DNA of 62,153 bases from a virus (lineage: Duplodnaviria; Caudoviricetes). This document shows, piece after piece, positions 1 through 10,022 of this stretch (position 1 is its first letter; each line of letters begins with the position of its first letter). The translations under genes and the position numbers were made by a program. The stretch is taken from positions 1 to 62,153 of the IMG/VR virus record IMGVR_UViG_3300025141_000088; one strand, given 5' to 3'. The notes under the pieces were generated by a model, which had not been told where the DNA came from, ran no database searches, and saw only the letters and a program-made list of their open reading frames with translations.

Positions 1-2133
1 GAAGAGTTGAGGGTGTCTTCAAACTCTTCAAATTCAAATTTCAGAACTTATGCATTCTCAGACATTTGGATTCCAGAAAGCCGCCGCAAAGAAAATAACG
101 GAGTTCGAAGTAACGCCTCTGATGACGCCCAGAAAAAAAACTATGAACAAAGAAAGATCGAAAGCGCAGAAACAAGAATTGAGATTGAATATGGGATTGA
201 CCCGAACAATCAAATTTTTAAAACCCAAGACGGCAAAGAGATCGCGAAGACCCTCAAGTCGTTGAGATTGGTTATAAATCTTTCTATAGCAAAATACGAG
301 ATAGACCTGCGCGACGATGGTTCTGTCGGCATCACTTGTGATTTCATTGGCCGCCTCGACGCCTTGGCAAAAGACCCATCCGCAGGAAATATCCTTCCGA
401 ACCAAGAATTCACTAACGAGCAAAAATCCGCTTTTCTGGGAGAACGCCTATCCGCCGGCACAACAGTGTCCACGATCCAACGAAGGTTAATAAAAATGGA
501 AAAAGAAGAGATGGAGTTTTTACAGCAGCAACACAGAAATCCCCACCGTTATTCTGCTGAAACCATCGCCGAAAGAAAGGAAGGATATCACAAAATGAGA
601 AAGGAACTCATAAAGCAGAGACAAAGGCTAACTAACACTTTTGACCTCAATACCGGCACCAGCGCTGATGCCCAAAACGCATACCTCAAGGAAATGGCCG
701 CAAATGAATTTAGCAAAATAAAGCTTTATCGAACCATCTTGAATGGTCTTTTAAAAAAGGATTGTGTTAACACCATTGTCATTGATCCAAATAATATCGC
801 TTTAACTCATGAAGAATTAAAGACCAAGAGCAGCGCACTGCAAATCGTCCACAATCAGGAAATGACCAACGAAGAAAAGGCCTTCACCCACAGCAACGAA
901 CAAGGCGTTCCCGCCTCAAAGCAGGAGCTGGTTAACGAGTTCGATATCCTCTCCAAGAGGCTTAAAAAAGATATCTTTCCCAAATACACCTCGGACGCAT
1001 ATCTCATAAGGTTCTTCTACTTTGGAGACTTAATAGATGTTGTTTTAGATAATATGTACGAAGGATCCGGAAGAGATCGCAGCCTCGATATCCGCACCAT
1101 TTTGGGCCCGATAGAGATACGCAGAAATGTTTTTGATTCTAGCAAGTTTGAAGGAGTAATACAGTTTCTAAGATCCGGCGCCATCGTAGTTGGTGATAGT
1201 TATGGTACTTATGATCCCACTGCCACCCGCGAGACAAAAGCGGCCATCGATCAAATCGATAACAAGAGTACGTCCAATAACGCAAACCCCACCAAAGCCA
1301 CCCAGACTTTAATTGCAAGCCTCGCAGATATCCCAATCTCCTTAAACCTCTTCCTAAGATGGTTTTCCGAGATTGTCTCAAACAAGGGTATTTTTGGAAA
1401 ATCCTTCAAGAACTTCTTGACTGAGGCAACAAACCAACTTATTGTTGCAGCCCTACAACAAGAAAGTTCCCGCCTTCTTTTGCCAAAGCAGGTGAGAAAG
1501 GTTAAAACAGTAAATTGGGAGTCTCATACAAAGCCCAACATGGCAGACCCTTTTGGGTTCATCAACAAAGAAGATAAAGGCCTCAAGATTGAGGGCAAAA
1601 ACGCGCAGAGGATAAAAAAGTCCAAGAAAGGCACTCATCTGGAGCAACTAAGAGCCGATATAATCAAGAATATTGCCTTCGCCGGCGGCGCCAACACAAG
1701 CGAATACGTCCTCATCTACGCAGAATCAAAGCAATCAACCCGTAAATATAACGGCTCTCCAGATCAATATGCCGCTGACCTTGACGATAACGTCTATCAT
1801 CTGTCCCTCGGACGCGACGTCGGCGTTGTCAAAGACATTAAGTTATCCGCGCCAACATCTGCAGAATTTGAAGCTATGCAGCTCCAAAAAGCATCAAAAA
1901 CCGACGGCACAATTAAGACAAAGAGGATCTACAACGCCACCGTAACCCTGTATGGGGTTACTTTTTTCCGACCAGGTCAAATGATCTTCATTGAGCCGGC
2001 CGCATATGGAGACTTGGACAATTTAAAGGCACACGGCTTGTGTGGTTACTATACTATTACATCCATTTCAAGCAACTTCACAGTGGGGAATTTTGAAACC
2101 ACACTGGTTTGTTCGTGGTTTTCGGAGGGATAA
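1..2133 (+). CDS. 5'-truncated large virion protein, probably baseplate hub / tail-associated (gp27/late-control-D-like C-terminus)
   Basis: Frame open from base 1. The C-terminus ATVTLYG..FRPGQMIFI...GYYTITSISSNF..GNFETTL resembles the beta-rich end of baseplate hub/VgrG-like proteins. Confidence 0.4.
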   Translation, partial: EELRVSSNSSNSNFRTYAFSDIWIPESRRKENNGVRSNASDDAQKKNYEQRKIESAETRIEIEYGIDPNNQIFKTQDGKEIAKTLKSLRLVINLSIAKYEIDLRDDGSVGITCDFIGRLDALAKDPSAGNILPNQEFTNEQKSAFLGERLSAGTTVSTIQRRLIKMEKEEMEFLQQQHRNPHRYSAETIAERKEGYHKMRKELIKQRQRLTNTFDLNTGTSADAQNAYLKEMAANEFSKIKLYRTILNGLLKKDCVNTIVIDPNNIALTHEELKTKSSALQIVHNQEMTNEEKAFTHSNEQGVPASKQELVNEFDILSKRLKKDIFPKYTSDAYLIRFFYFGDLIDVVLDNMYEGSGRDRSLDIRTILGPIEIRRNVFDSSKFEGVIQFLRSGAIVVGDSYGTYDPTATRETKAAIDQIDNKSTSNNANPTKATQTLIASLADIPISLNLFLRWFSEIVSNKGIFGKSFKNFLTEATNQLIVAALQQESSRLLLPKQVRKVKTVNWESHTKPNMADPFGFINKEDKGLKIEGKNAQRIKKSKKGTHLEQLRADIIKNIAFAGGANTSEYVLIYAESKQSTRKYNGSPDQYAADLDDNVYHLSLGRDVGVVKDIKLSAPTSAEFEAMQLQKASKTDGTIKTKRIYNATVTLYGVTFFRPGQMIFIEPAAYGDLDNLKAHGLCGYYTITSISSNFTVGNFETTLVCSWFSEG

Positions 2134-2137
2134 AGAA

Positions 2138-3322
2138 GTGAAAACGACAAGAGGGAATAATAATTTATCATCAAAATACTCTTATCTTCAGCGAGAGTTG
2201 TACGAGAAGGAAGTAAATGAATTCCTTCAGTCTAACCCACAGATCTCCTTGATCGACCTGCGTTCTAAGACTCTGTATGGTAAGGTTGATCTTGATAACA
2301 AGATTGTTGTACCAAGATTGGAATATCTTGTTTCGTATAACGGAACCACCCACGTCATGCCGTTTGTGTCGAACGCATTGACCGACCTAGCAGCCCGTTT
2401 TCAGAAGAGACAAGAGCGAGGGACCATGCGAAAGTCTGGACCATATGCATCTCTTCAGGTCACACCACGAGAACAGACATGGAAAGAAGAGTATGTTGAT
2501 TATTTGGCAACCTTGAGGAGCGCCTATTTGCAGGAACTGCGAAGCTCGAAGGTTAAGATGGATAAACTTGCGAACTTCAAAGAGTTTGTGCTAGACTTCA
2601 TCGATTTCACGTCGATTGCAAGTCCTCGTTTTCCAACTACATTCTCCAAGTTTTATATTTCCAAGATATCCACAGCATTCTCCTCTGGCTGCATCGTTGA
2701 TCTTAATTCAGAGCAGTATGGTAATGACCACATATCTACTACAAAATATTTTGCTGACGTCAACTTTAAGACGTTTGCACAGGAAGCCCAAAACCACGGC
2801 TTCATCCTTGATCGACACGCCCCATGGCGCCTCGTCGCAAATCTGAAATCTGAGCCAATGCAAGAATACATGAAGGCATCCGGTTACGCGAACATGAAGG
2901 ATGCTTTTGACAATTTATATTTTAATCCCTTTTCTCCCGAATTCTATGAATTGATTAAAATGTTGAACTTTATTTATGCCGAAGCCTTCCAGCCCGGTTC
3001 TACATATGCGGAGATTTGTTACAAGAATGGCAAAACCTCGTATTCTCTCAAGCCCCGCGAACACTTCGATCCAACTCTGTTTAATTCACTCGAAGAGATG
3101 ACCGAATATCTTGGATACCCATTTTGGCTTCGAGTTTATGGCTTCATCAAAGCAAGGGAGATAAATAAAGACTTGACGCAGAGAGAGTTTGATGATATAA
3201 TAAGAGAATCAGTAGTAATTAATAAACACATTGACACAGATTCAGCCCTAGCTTATATTAACAAAAAATTTAACCCGCTTGAAACACCCACCATTGACCG
3301 AAAACCATCATTTGTTTTCTAG
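2138..3322 (+). CDS. hypothetical phage protein (~394 aa)
   Basis: Long ORF; GTG start at 2138 after GGAGG; no recognised motif. Confidence 0.7.
   Translation: MKTTRGNNNLSSKYSYLQRELYEKEVNEFLQSNPQISLIDLRSKTLYGKVDLDNKIVVPRLEYLVSYNGTTHVMPFVSNALTDLAARFQKRQERGTMRKSGPYASLQVTPREQTWKEEYVDYLATLRSAYLQELRSSKVKMDKLANFKEFVLDFIDFTSIASPRFPTTFSKFYISKISTAFSSGCIVDLNSEQYGNDHISTTKYFADVNFKTFAQEAQNHGFILDRHAPWRLVANLKSEPMQEYMKASGYANMKDAFDNLYFNPFSPEFYELIKMLNFIYAEAFQPGSTYAEICYKNGKTSYSLKPREHFDPTLFNSLEEMTEYLGYPFWLRVYGFIKAREINKDLTQREFDDIIRESVVINKHIDTDSALAYINKKFNPLETPTIDRKPSFVF
3173..3201 (+). promoter_or_regulatory. sigma70-type promoter inside upstream CDS
   Basis: TTGACG-17nt-TATAAT with extended -10 TG; a second TTGACA-17-TATATT lies at 3231-3259. 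Confidence 0.6.
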
Positions 3323-3329
3323 GTGATAT

Positions 3330-4538
3330 ATGACATATTTCGTCACTTTGGACGATAAAAGAGAATGCGTCGGCATCTACAACGATGGCGAATTGCACTT
3401 CAATGATTTTCCAGCCAGCCTAACGCGAACATGGAAGCCTACATTGTCTTTGGCATCAATATCTGCCGACGATGCAGACTTTGCATATCTATATGGACAG
3501 GGAGGCACACTCTCAGAGTTGTGTCCAGAGGAACTCAAGCCTCAGTGGAAAGATATAAACAAAAGAATGATTGCATACCAAAGTTCCTTCCGAGAAGCGA
3601 AGGTCGACCTGAGTGAAAATTGTTTATTTGACCTCATCCCAATTCGATATTTGACAGAGTTCTGTTACTTGAAGACAGAAATCATTAAGCACGTTTTTAA
3701 AACCCGAGAAAAGCCCCAAAATTACGACTTTATGAGGCAACTCTGTGTGTTGCTCACCGAGATAGAGGGGCAAAAAATAAAGCTTAATCTCGCCACCTTA
3801 GAACAAAAACTTCATTTGAAGCGAGGAAGAGAACTGGCCAAGGATTTACGCCAAGGAAAGAAGGCTGATTATGTCTCCTATGACGCTTTCAAGACAAAGA
3901 CTGGAAGACTTTCGGTCAAAAAGGGTTCCTTCCCGATACTTAATTTAGACAAGGAGTTTCGGTGTGTTGTCGAACCAACAAACGATTGGATATTAGAACT
4001 GGATTATAACGCTGCCGAATTGAGAACACTTCTTGCTCTAGGAGACAAAGAACAACCATCGGAGGACATTCATCAGTGGAATTCAGGCATTCTTGGCGTA
4101 TCCAGAGACGAAGCAAAAAAGTCCGTCATATCTTGGCTGTATGGCTCGAAGATATCCGATATTGGAAAAAGACTTTCCGAGATCTACGCAAGAGAAACGA
4201 TTCTGAATAAACATTATGATCCTGTCCGAGGCACTGTTACAACTCCCTTCGGTAGAGTGATCCCTGCCGACGACCATCATGCACTAAATTATTTGGTCCA
4301 GAGTACCACTGCAGATCTGGTGTTTGACCGTATGATCGCGATCAGAGATCTCTTAAAAGATAAAAAAAGCTTCATTAAATTCTGCCTCCACGATTCTGTG
4401 GTGATTGACTTAGCCCACGAGGAGAGAGCTGTAATTAAAGACATTTTGAGCATCTTTTCAGCCACAAAATTGGGAGAATTCAAGTCCTCTATTTCCGCAG
4501 GGCCCAACTTTGGTGAACTAAAAGACTTTAACATTTAA
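3330..4538 (+). CDS. compact family A DNA polymerase-like protein
   Basis: TKTGRLS motif, motif A LDYNAAELR, motif B RDEAKKSVISWLYG, TPFGR, ALNYLVQSTTAD, motif C LHDS. Confidence 0.8.
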   Translation: MTYFVTLDDKRECVGIYNDGELHFNDFPASLTRTWKPTLSLASISADDADFAYLYGQGGTLSELCPEELKPQWKDINKRMIAYQSSFREAKVDLSENCLFDLIPIRYLTEFCYLKTEIIKHVFKTREKPQNYDFMRQLCVLLTEIEGQKIKLNLATLEQKLHLKRGRELAKDLRQGKKADYVSYDAFKTKTGRLSVKKGSFPILNLDKEFRCVVEPTNDWILELDYNAAELRTLLALGDKEQPSEDIHQWNSGILGVSRDEAKKSVISWLYGSKISDIGKRLSEIYARETILNKHYDPVRGTVTTPFGRVIPADDHHALNYLVQSTTADLVFDRMIAIRDLLKDKKSFIKFCLHDSVVIDLAHEERAVIKDILSIFSATKLGEFKSSISAGPNFGELKDFNI

Positions 4539-4574
4539 TACTACTCGATCTATAATAGATTAACAGGAGATCAC

Positions 4575-5420
4575 ATGATTAACATTATTGGACTGGGCGA
4601 TATGGGCTGTAAGCTCGCCGACGAATTCAAAAAACACGATAACTACGATGTCTACAAGATCGGCATCGATCTGCCAAAGACAAAGAGATCTCGGGGAGTT
4701 AAAAAAGAAAAAAGCCTAGAAAACTACGAGAAGAATGTCCCACCGATGAAACACTTTTTTAAGGAACTCACAGGACGCAGCATCTTCATAGTCAACGGAG
4801 GAGAGCCAATTGCCCTCGCATCCCTCAAGGTCCTAGAGCATGCAAGACCTTGGTCCACAGCAGTGGTATATATCCAGCCTGATCTGTCAGCACTCAACAA
4901 AGAGAGCAAGAATGCAGAAAACCTTGTATTCGGTGTTCTGCAGGAATACGCACGTTCTGGCGCAATTGCAAAGATGATCATTATCAGCGCAAAAAAGGTG
5001 GAAGAAGCAATGGGTCAAGTCCCAATCATTGGTTATGAGGAGACTTTTATTAATTACATCTTCTCTTCCTTGAATTTGATAAACTACTTTGAACATTCCA
5101 CCCCTGTTTTGAGCGTTGATTCTGACGCTGTTAATTGGTCGAGAATCATGACCATAAGCATGGTGTCTTTAACTGACTCTGCAGAGAAGCCATTCTTTGA
5201 CTTGCAGGATGTTCGCGAGAGAATGTATTTCTGCGGAATTAATGAAGATGAACTAAGGAATGATAATAAATTATTAACGAGGTTGAAAGATCTCATAGAC
5301 TCTCAGCGCGAGGGCGACCAGAGAACATCTTATAGGGTGTATTCTACGACTTACGATGAACCACACATCTTCTGTGTCCAGTCTTCTACTGTGATACAGA
5401 AACGATCTGAAAGTACTTGA
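4575..5420 (+). CDS. divergent tubulin/FtsZ (PhuZ/TubZ-like) fold protein
   Basis: N-terminal IIGLGDMGCKLA (T1 loop GxGxxG) and later V-Y-I-Q-P...N pattern; the canonical GGGTGSG loop is degenerate (NGGEPIA). Confidence 0.55.
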   Translation: MINIIGLGDMGCKLADEFKKHDNYDVYKIGIDLPKTKRSRGVKKEKSLENYEKNVPPMKHFFKELTGRSIFIVNGGEPIALASLKVLEHARPWSTAVVYIQPDLSALNKESKNAENLVFGVLQEYARSGAIAKMIIISAKKVEEAMGQVPIIGYEETFINYIFSSLNLINYFEHSTPVLSVDSDAVNWSRIMTISMVSLTDSAEKPFFDLQDVRERMYFCGINEDELRNDNKLLTRLKDLIDSQREGDQRTSYRVYSTTYDEPHIFCVQSSTVIQKRSEST

Positions 5421-5445
5421 CAGTATTGACGATCTGTGGTATAAT
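5417..5445 (+). promoter_or_regulatory. consensus sigma70 promoter
   Basis: TTGACA-17nt-TATAAT with TG extension, upstream of SSB. Confidence 0.85.
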
Positions 5446-5506
5446 AATAACAACAAACCAGCACTAGGGGAAATTTGCCCTAGTGACTTTAACAGGAGAA
5501 AATAAC

Positions 5507-6265
5507 ATGTCTATTGATATGAGCAAAATGCGTGATCGCTTAAACACGCTTCAGACAAAAAGTAACGGAGGATCTTCCGCATTCTGGCGACCATCCGACG
5601 GCAATCAGACAATTCGTATTGTTGCCCCGCAAGATGGTGATCCTTTCAAGGATTTCTTTTTTCATTACAACGTTGGTAACAACTCTGGCTTCTTGTGTCC
5701 CAAGAAGAATTACGGCGAAGAGTGCGCAGTGTGTGACTTTTCAAAGAAGTTGTACAAAGCGGGTGATGACGAGAGTGTGAAAATGGCTCGCGAACTCACA
5801 GCCCGTCAGCGTTTCTTCTCTCCCGTGTTAGTTCGCGGCGAAGAAAACTTGGGCGTTAAGATGTGGGGCTACGGCAAAATGGCTTATGAAACCTTGCTTA
5901 ACCTCGTGTTGAACCCCGAATACGGCGATATCACTGATATCGAATCAGGAACCGACTTGGACCTCCATTACGGTAAGGCTCCCGGTCAGTCATTCCCTCA
6001 AACCAAGTTGACGCCAAAGCGTTCAACCTCTACCGTTTGTGTGGAAGCAACCCCAGAAGCTTGTAAGGAGATTTTGGAAAGCATCCCTGATTTGGATAGT
6101 CTTTTCGACAAGAAAAGTTCTGCCGACGTTCAAGCGTGTCTTGACGAATATCTCTCTGATGACACATCTGCCGAATCCTCTTCTAAAGAGACGGCAAAGT
6201 TCGCTGCCCAGCAGAGTGGTGCAGCGTCTGTAGATAAGTCCTTCAACGACCTGTTGAACGCTTAA
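5507..6265 (+). CDS. single-stranded DNA-binding protein, T4 gp32-like
   Basis: FWRP..G.Q.IRI, H...C...C..C zinc ligands, YGDITD...G.D motif, acidic tail ending FNDLLNA; AGGAG RBS. Confidence 0.8.
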   Translation: MSIDMSKMRDRLNTLQTKSNGGSSAFWRPSDGNQTIRIVAPQDGDPFKDFFFHYNVGNNSGFLCPKKNYGEECAVCDFSKKLYKAGDDESVKMARELTARQRFFSPVLVRGEENLGVKMWGYGKMAYETLLNLVLNPEYGDITDIESGTDLDLHYGKAPGQSFPQTKLTPKRSTSTVCVEATPEACKEILESIPDLDSLFDKKSSADVQACLDEYLSDDTSAESSSKETAKFAAQQSGAASVDKSFNDLLNA

Positions 6266-6269
6266 CTCA

Positions 6270-6302
6270 AAACACCCCCGGTAAAACGGGGGTGTTTGTT
6301 TT
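6270..6302 (+). terminator. intrinsic terminator-like hairpin after SSB
   Basis: AAACACCCCCG-GTAAAA-CGGGGGTGTTT followed by GTTTT. Confidence 0.7.
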
Positions 6303-6377
<75 letters not shown>

Positions 6378-6406
6378 GAACTTTAAAACTATAATGGAGG
6401 TGCCCC

Positions 6407-7540
6407 TTGGCAACAAATAGAAAAAACGATAAATCAAAACTAGGCATCAAGGGACTTGCCGCCGTCCTCAATAAAAAGATGGGCATGACCGTGGCTCACA
6501 CCATGGGCGACTCCAACCCTTCGGAAGTCGTCGATTGGATCCCCACCGGATGTACGTGGCTCGACGGTATCATTCGTCGCGGCAAAATCGCAGGAATCCC
6601 CGTAGGACGAATCACAGAAATTGCTGGCCTAGAAGGTTCCGGCAAATCTTATATGGCGGCCCAAGTCGCAGCAAGCGCCACAAAAAAGGGGTTTGAGGTC
6701 GTATATTTCGACTCCGAGGCAGCTTTGGACTTTGAATTTTTAAAACAAGCGGGTGTAGAAGAATCACTATTCTTGCGGGTAACACCACAATCAGTTGAAG
6801 ATATGTTCGAGACAATCGATCTCATTCTTTCTCAGGGTGCAGAAAATACTTTATTTATTTGGGACAGTCTGGCTAATACACCAACTAAATCTGATAATTC
6901 TGGTACATTCAATCCTCAAGAAACAATGGCTTTGAAGGCCCGAATCCTTTCGAAGGCAATGCAGAAATTGACCGTTCCCTTGAACGAATCAAACAGTACA
7001 TTCTTGGTGTTAAACCAGCTAAAGACACACATTCCAAAACCTGGCGACCACATCTCAGCTATGATAGACCCCTACGTCACCCCAGGCGGCAAAAGTATGC
7101 AATATGCAGCTTCTTTGAGGATCTATCTTACGGGAAGAAAATCAAAAGCCTCTTACATTCTCGACGATAACGGCTATCGCATCGGTTCGGAAGTAAAAGC
7201 ACGAATTAAAAAGTCTCGCTTTGCATCTGAAGGTCGAGAGTGTTTCTTCAAAATCCTATGGGGCGATGAAGTTCGCATCCAAAACGACGAAAGCATCTTT
7301 GAGGCAATCAGGGGATCCCAACGCCTAAAGAACGCTGGCGCCTGGTACACATTGATTCATGCTGACGGCAAAGAAGATAAGTTTCAATCAAAGATGTGGC
7401 TTGATAAGATGAAGGAAGAGAAATTCCGAGCAACAGCCATGGAAATTTTTGAGCAAGAGATTGTTCTTAAGTTTGCAAACAGAGAAGGCCCTGCATCAGA
7501 GTTTTATGACTTAGATGCTGACGTTGGCGAATCACAATGA
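6407..7540 (+). CDS. RecA/UvsX-like recombinase
   Basis: IPTG...LD, GRITEIAGLEGSGKS Walker A, FDSEAA, WDS, NQ, TPGG motifs; TTG start after GGAGG. Confidence 0.92.
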   Translation: MATNRKNDKSKLGIKGLAAVLNKKMGMTVAHTMGDSNPSEVVDWIPTGCTWLDGIIRRGKIAGIPVGRITEIAGLEGSGKSYMAAQVAASATKKGFEVVYFDSEAALDFEFLKQAGVEESLFLRVTPQSVEDMFETIDLILSQGAENTLFIWDSLANTPTKSDNSGTFNPQETMALKARILSKAMQKLTVPLNESNSTFLVLNQLKTHIPKPGDHISAMIDPYVTPGGKSMQYAASLRIYLTGRKSKASYILDDNGYRIGSEVKARIKKSRFASEGRECFFKILWGDEVRIQNDESIFEAIRGSQRLKNAGAWYTLIHADGKEDKFQSKMWLDKMKEEKFRATAMEIFEQEIVLKFANREGPASEFYDLDADVGESQ

Positions 7541-8631
7541 CGGAACATCTCGTGAAAAAGCAAAAAAGGTTATTGATCATCGATGGCCTAAACATCTACA
7601 TGCGAAGCTACATCGCAAACCCTAGTATCTCTACCAACGGCGACCCCATTGGTGGCTGCAAGGGTTTTCTCATGTCTCTACAAAAGATCGCAAGGAACGT
7701 CAATCCAGACCGAATTGTTGTTGTCTGGGATGGCAATGGCGGATCCGCCAGAAAGAGAAAGCTCTGCCCAGGATACAAAGGAGGTCGAAAGCCAGTTCGA
7801 CTAAACAGGGCCGTCAGAGATTTGCTGACTGAAGCACAGGAGCAAGCGAATAAGGCATGGCAATACACCAACACGGTTGATTATCTTGACCTGATGCCAG
7901 TGACACAAATTTGCATTAATGGCTTCGAAGCAGATGATATTATTTCTTATGTTAACAGCATGTCCTGTTTCCATGGATACACTCGCATTATCGTATCGAC
8001 AGATAAGGACTTCTACCAGTGTGTGAGCAATGACGCCATCGCAGGGCAGACTGCGATTTATCGACCCAAGCAATTAACCAAGAAAGCCAAAGAAGCCGCC
8101 AAAGAAGCAGGCCTGCCTCCACGCGACTACGAGGTCATCACAGAAAAGAATTTGATTGAATCTACCGGCATTCATCCTTCGAATTTTGTTATCGCTCGCA
8201 CGATGGAGGGAGACAAGTCAGACAACCTTCCGGGCATCCCAGGTGTCGGATTAAAGACTGTCGCTAAGAAGTTCCCATTTTTGAGGGAAGACAACGAATA
8301 TTACCTGCAAGATATCTACGAGGAGTGTGAGAAAAACCTTGGCAAAGCAAAAATATATGATACAATATTAGAGAACAAGAGCATCACGGATCTTAACTAC
8401 CAGATGATGCAACTCGCTGCGCCTAACTTATCCGCGCAAGCAGGAAGGCAGATACAATCGAGAATTAAAAGCCCACTTCAATTCAACAAGACCGCAATTG
8501 CCGCATCGATGATCGCCGACGGCTTTGGAACAGGAAATTGGGATGAATTGTACGCCATGTGCCGCCGATTCATAAGCGCACAAAAGACCACAAACACAAA
8601 GAGGACAACCAACACATGCAAAAAGATTTAG
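7537..8631 (+). CDS. 5'-3' exonuclease / flap endonuclease (T4 RNase H / PolI N-terminal type)
   Basis: LIIDG, VWDG..S..R...YKGGR, EADD, STDKDF, GDKSDNLPGIPGVGLKT helix-hairpin-helix. Confidence 0.92.
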   Translation: MTEHLVKKQKRLLIIDGLNIYMRSYIANPSISTNGDPIGGCKGFLMSLQKIARNVNPDRIVVVWDGNGGSARKRKLCPGYKGGRKPVRLNRAVRDLLTEAQEQANKAWQYTNTVDYLDLMPVTQICINGFEADDIISYVNSMSCFHGYTRIIVSTDKDFYQCVSNDAIAGQTAIYRPKQLTKKAKEAAKEAGLPPRDYEVITEKNLIESTGIHPSNFVIARTMEGDKSDNLPGIPGVGLKTVAKKFPFLREDNEYYLQDIYEECEKNLGKAKIYDTILENKSITDLNYQMMQLAAPNLSAQAGRQIQSRIKSPLQFNKTAIAASMIADGFGTGNWDELYAMCRRFISAQKTTNTKRTTNTCKKI

Positions 8632-9986
8632 CAACATTCGCTCACTACGGCAAGTCATTTCAGGAGAAGCTCACAACTTTAATCCTCGATGACCGCCAAT
8701 TTTCCGATCAAATCGGGGAGGTAATGGATGTTGGCTTTTTTGAGACAAAGTATCTACAGGTCTTTAATCGCAAGATCTTTGAATACAAAGAGAAGTACGG
8801 CACACATCCCACCAAGTCAATTATAGAGACAATACTTAGGACAGAGCTTGAAGGCGAGAACGAACTTGTAAAAACTCAAGTTCGTGACTTTTTTGCTAGA
8901 ACTTTTTCTACCGAGGCAGAACTTAAAGATGCAGATTACGTCAAAGAGAATGCTCTAGAGTTCTGTAAGAAACAAAAGCTCAAAGAGGCAATGATCAAAA
9001 GTGTGGAACTCTTGAAAGACAATTCTTTTGAGAAAATCAGAAGTACCCTTGATGACGCACTTAAGTTAGGAACCGATACGGATTTTGGGTATGATTATTT
9101 ACTGGACTTTGAGAAACGTTTTGAGTTGAGGGCCCGAAACCCCGTAACGACAGGTTGGCAAGAGATAGACGGCATCACCCACGGAGGACTTGGTAAGGGT
9201 GAGCTTGGTGTTGTTGTCGCCCCGACAGGTGCAGGCAAATCAATGGCCCTTGTTCACCTCGGAACCCAAGCGATTAAAAAAGGTTGCAACGTCATTCATT
9301 ACACGCTAGAACTTCAGGACACAGTTATCGGCAACCGATACGACTCTTGCATAACTGGCTACGGCCTTAACGCACTGCATGGCTTGAAAGACGAAATTTA
9401 CGAAAAAATTAAAGATATGTCAGGCGGCCTAATAATTAAAGAGTACCCAACAAAGTCAGCATCGACACAGACTTTGCGAGCGCACTTGGAAAAACTCCGA
9501 AAACGCGACGTGCCCATAGACATGATCATCATGGATTATGGCGACCTTCTTAGGCCCGTGTCGACGCAGAAAGAAAAGAGGAACGAGTTGGAATCAATCT
9601 ATGAGGAGTTGCGAGGAATCGCACAGGAGTATGAATGTCCTGTATGGACCGCCTCTCAGACAAATCGATCAGGTATCAGTGCAGATGTGATCACCATGGA
9701 GTCGATTAGTGAGGCTTTTAATAAATGCTTCGTCGCCGACTTCATTTGTTCCATTTCCCGCACAGCCGAAGATAAACAGGCCAACACTGCTCGTATGTAC
9801 GTCGCCAAAAACAGAAATGGTATGGATGGACTGGTCTACCCCATGTATATGGATACCAGAAACATCGAACTTAAAGTGCTCACAAACCAAGGAGATACGC
9901 CAGCATCCATCGCAGTTATCACCGCAAAAGAGCAGAGAGAAAAGATAAAAGAGAAATATAAAGAGTTTAAAGAAGAACAAAAGTAG
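8616..9986 (+). CDS. replicative DNA helicase, DnaB/gp41-like
   Basis: APTGAGKS Walker A, TLE, IIMDYGD Walker B, WTASQTNR, KNRNG. Confidence 0.92.
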   Translation: MQKDLATFAHYGKSFQEKLTTLILDDRQFSDQIGEVMDVGFFETKYLQVFNRKIFEYKEKYGTHPTKSIIETILRTELEGENELVKTQVRDFFARTFSTEAELKDADYVKENALEFCKKQKLKEAMIKSVELLKDNSFEKIRSTLDDALKLGTDTDFGYDYLLDFEKRFELRARNPVTTGWQEIDGITHGGLGKGELGVVVAPTGAGKSMALVHLGTQAIKKGCNVIHYTLELQDTVIGNRYDSCITGYGLNALHGLKDEIYEKIKDMSGGLIIKEYPTKSASTQTLRAHLEKLRKRDVPIDMIIMDYGDLLRPVSTQKEKRNELESIYEELRGIAQEYECPVWTASQTNRSGISADVITMESISEAFNKCFVADFICSISRTAEDKQANTARMYVAKNRNGMDGLVYPMYMDTRNIELKVLTNQGDTPASIAVITAKEQREKIKEKYKEFKEEQK

Positions 9987-10022
9987 GCTATAATGAACAG
10001 TGCACACGAAGAGGAGAACGAG

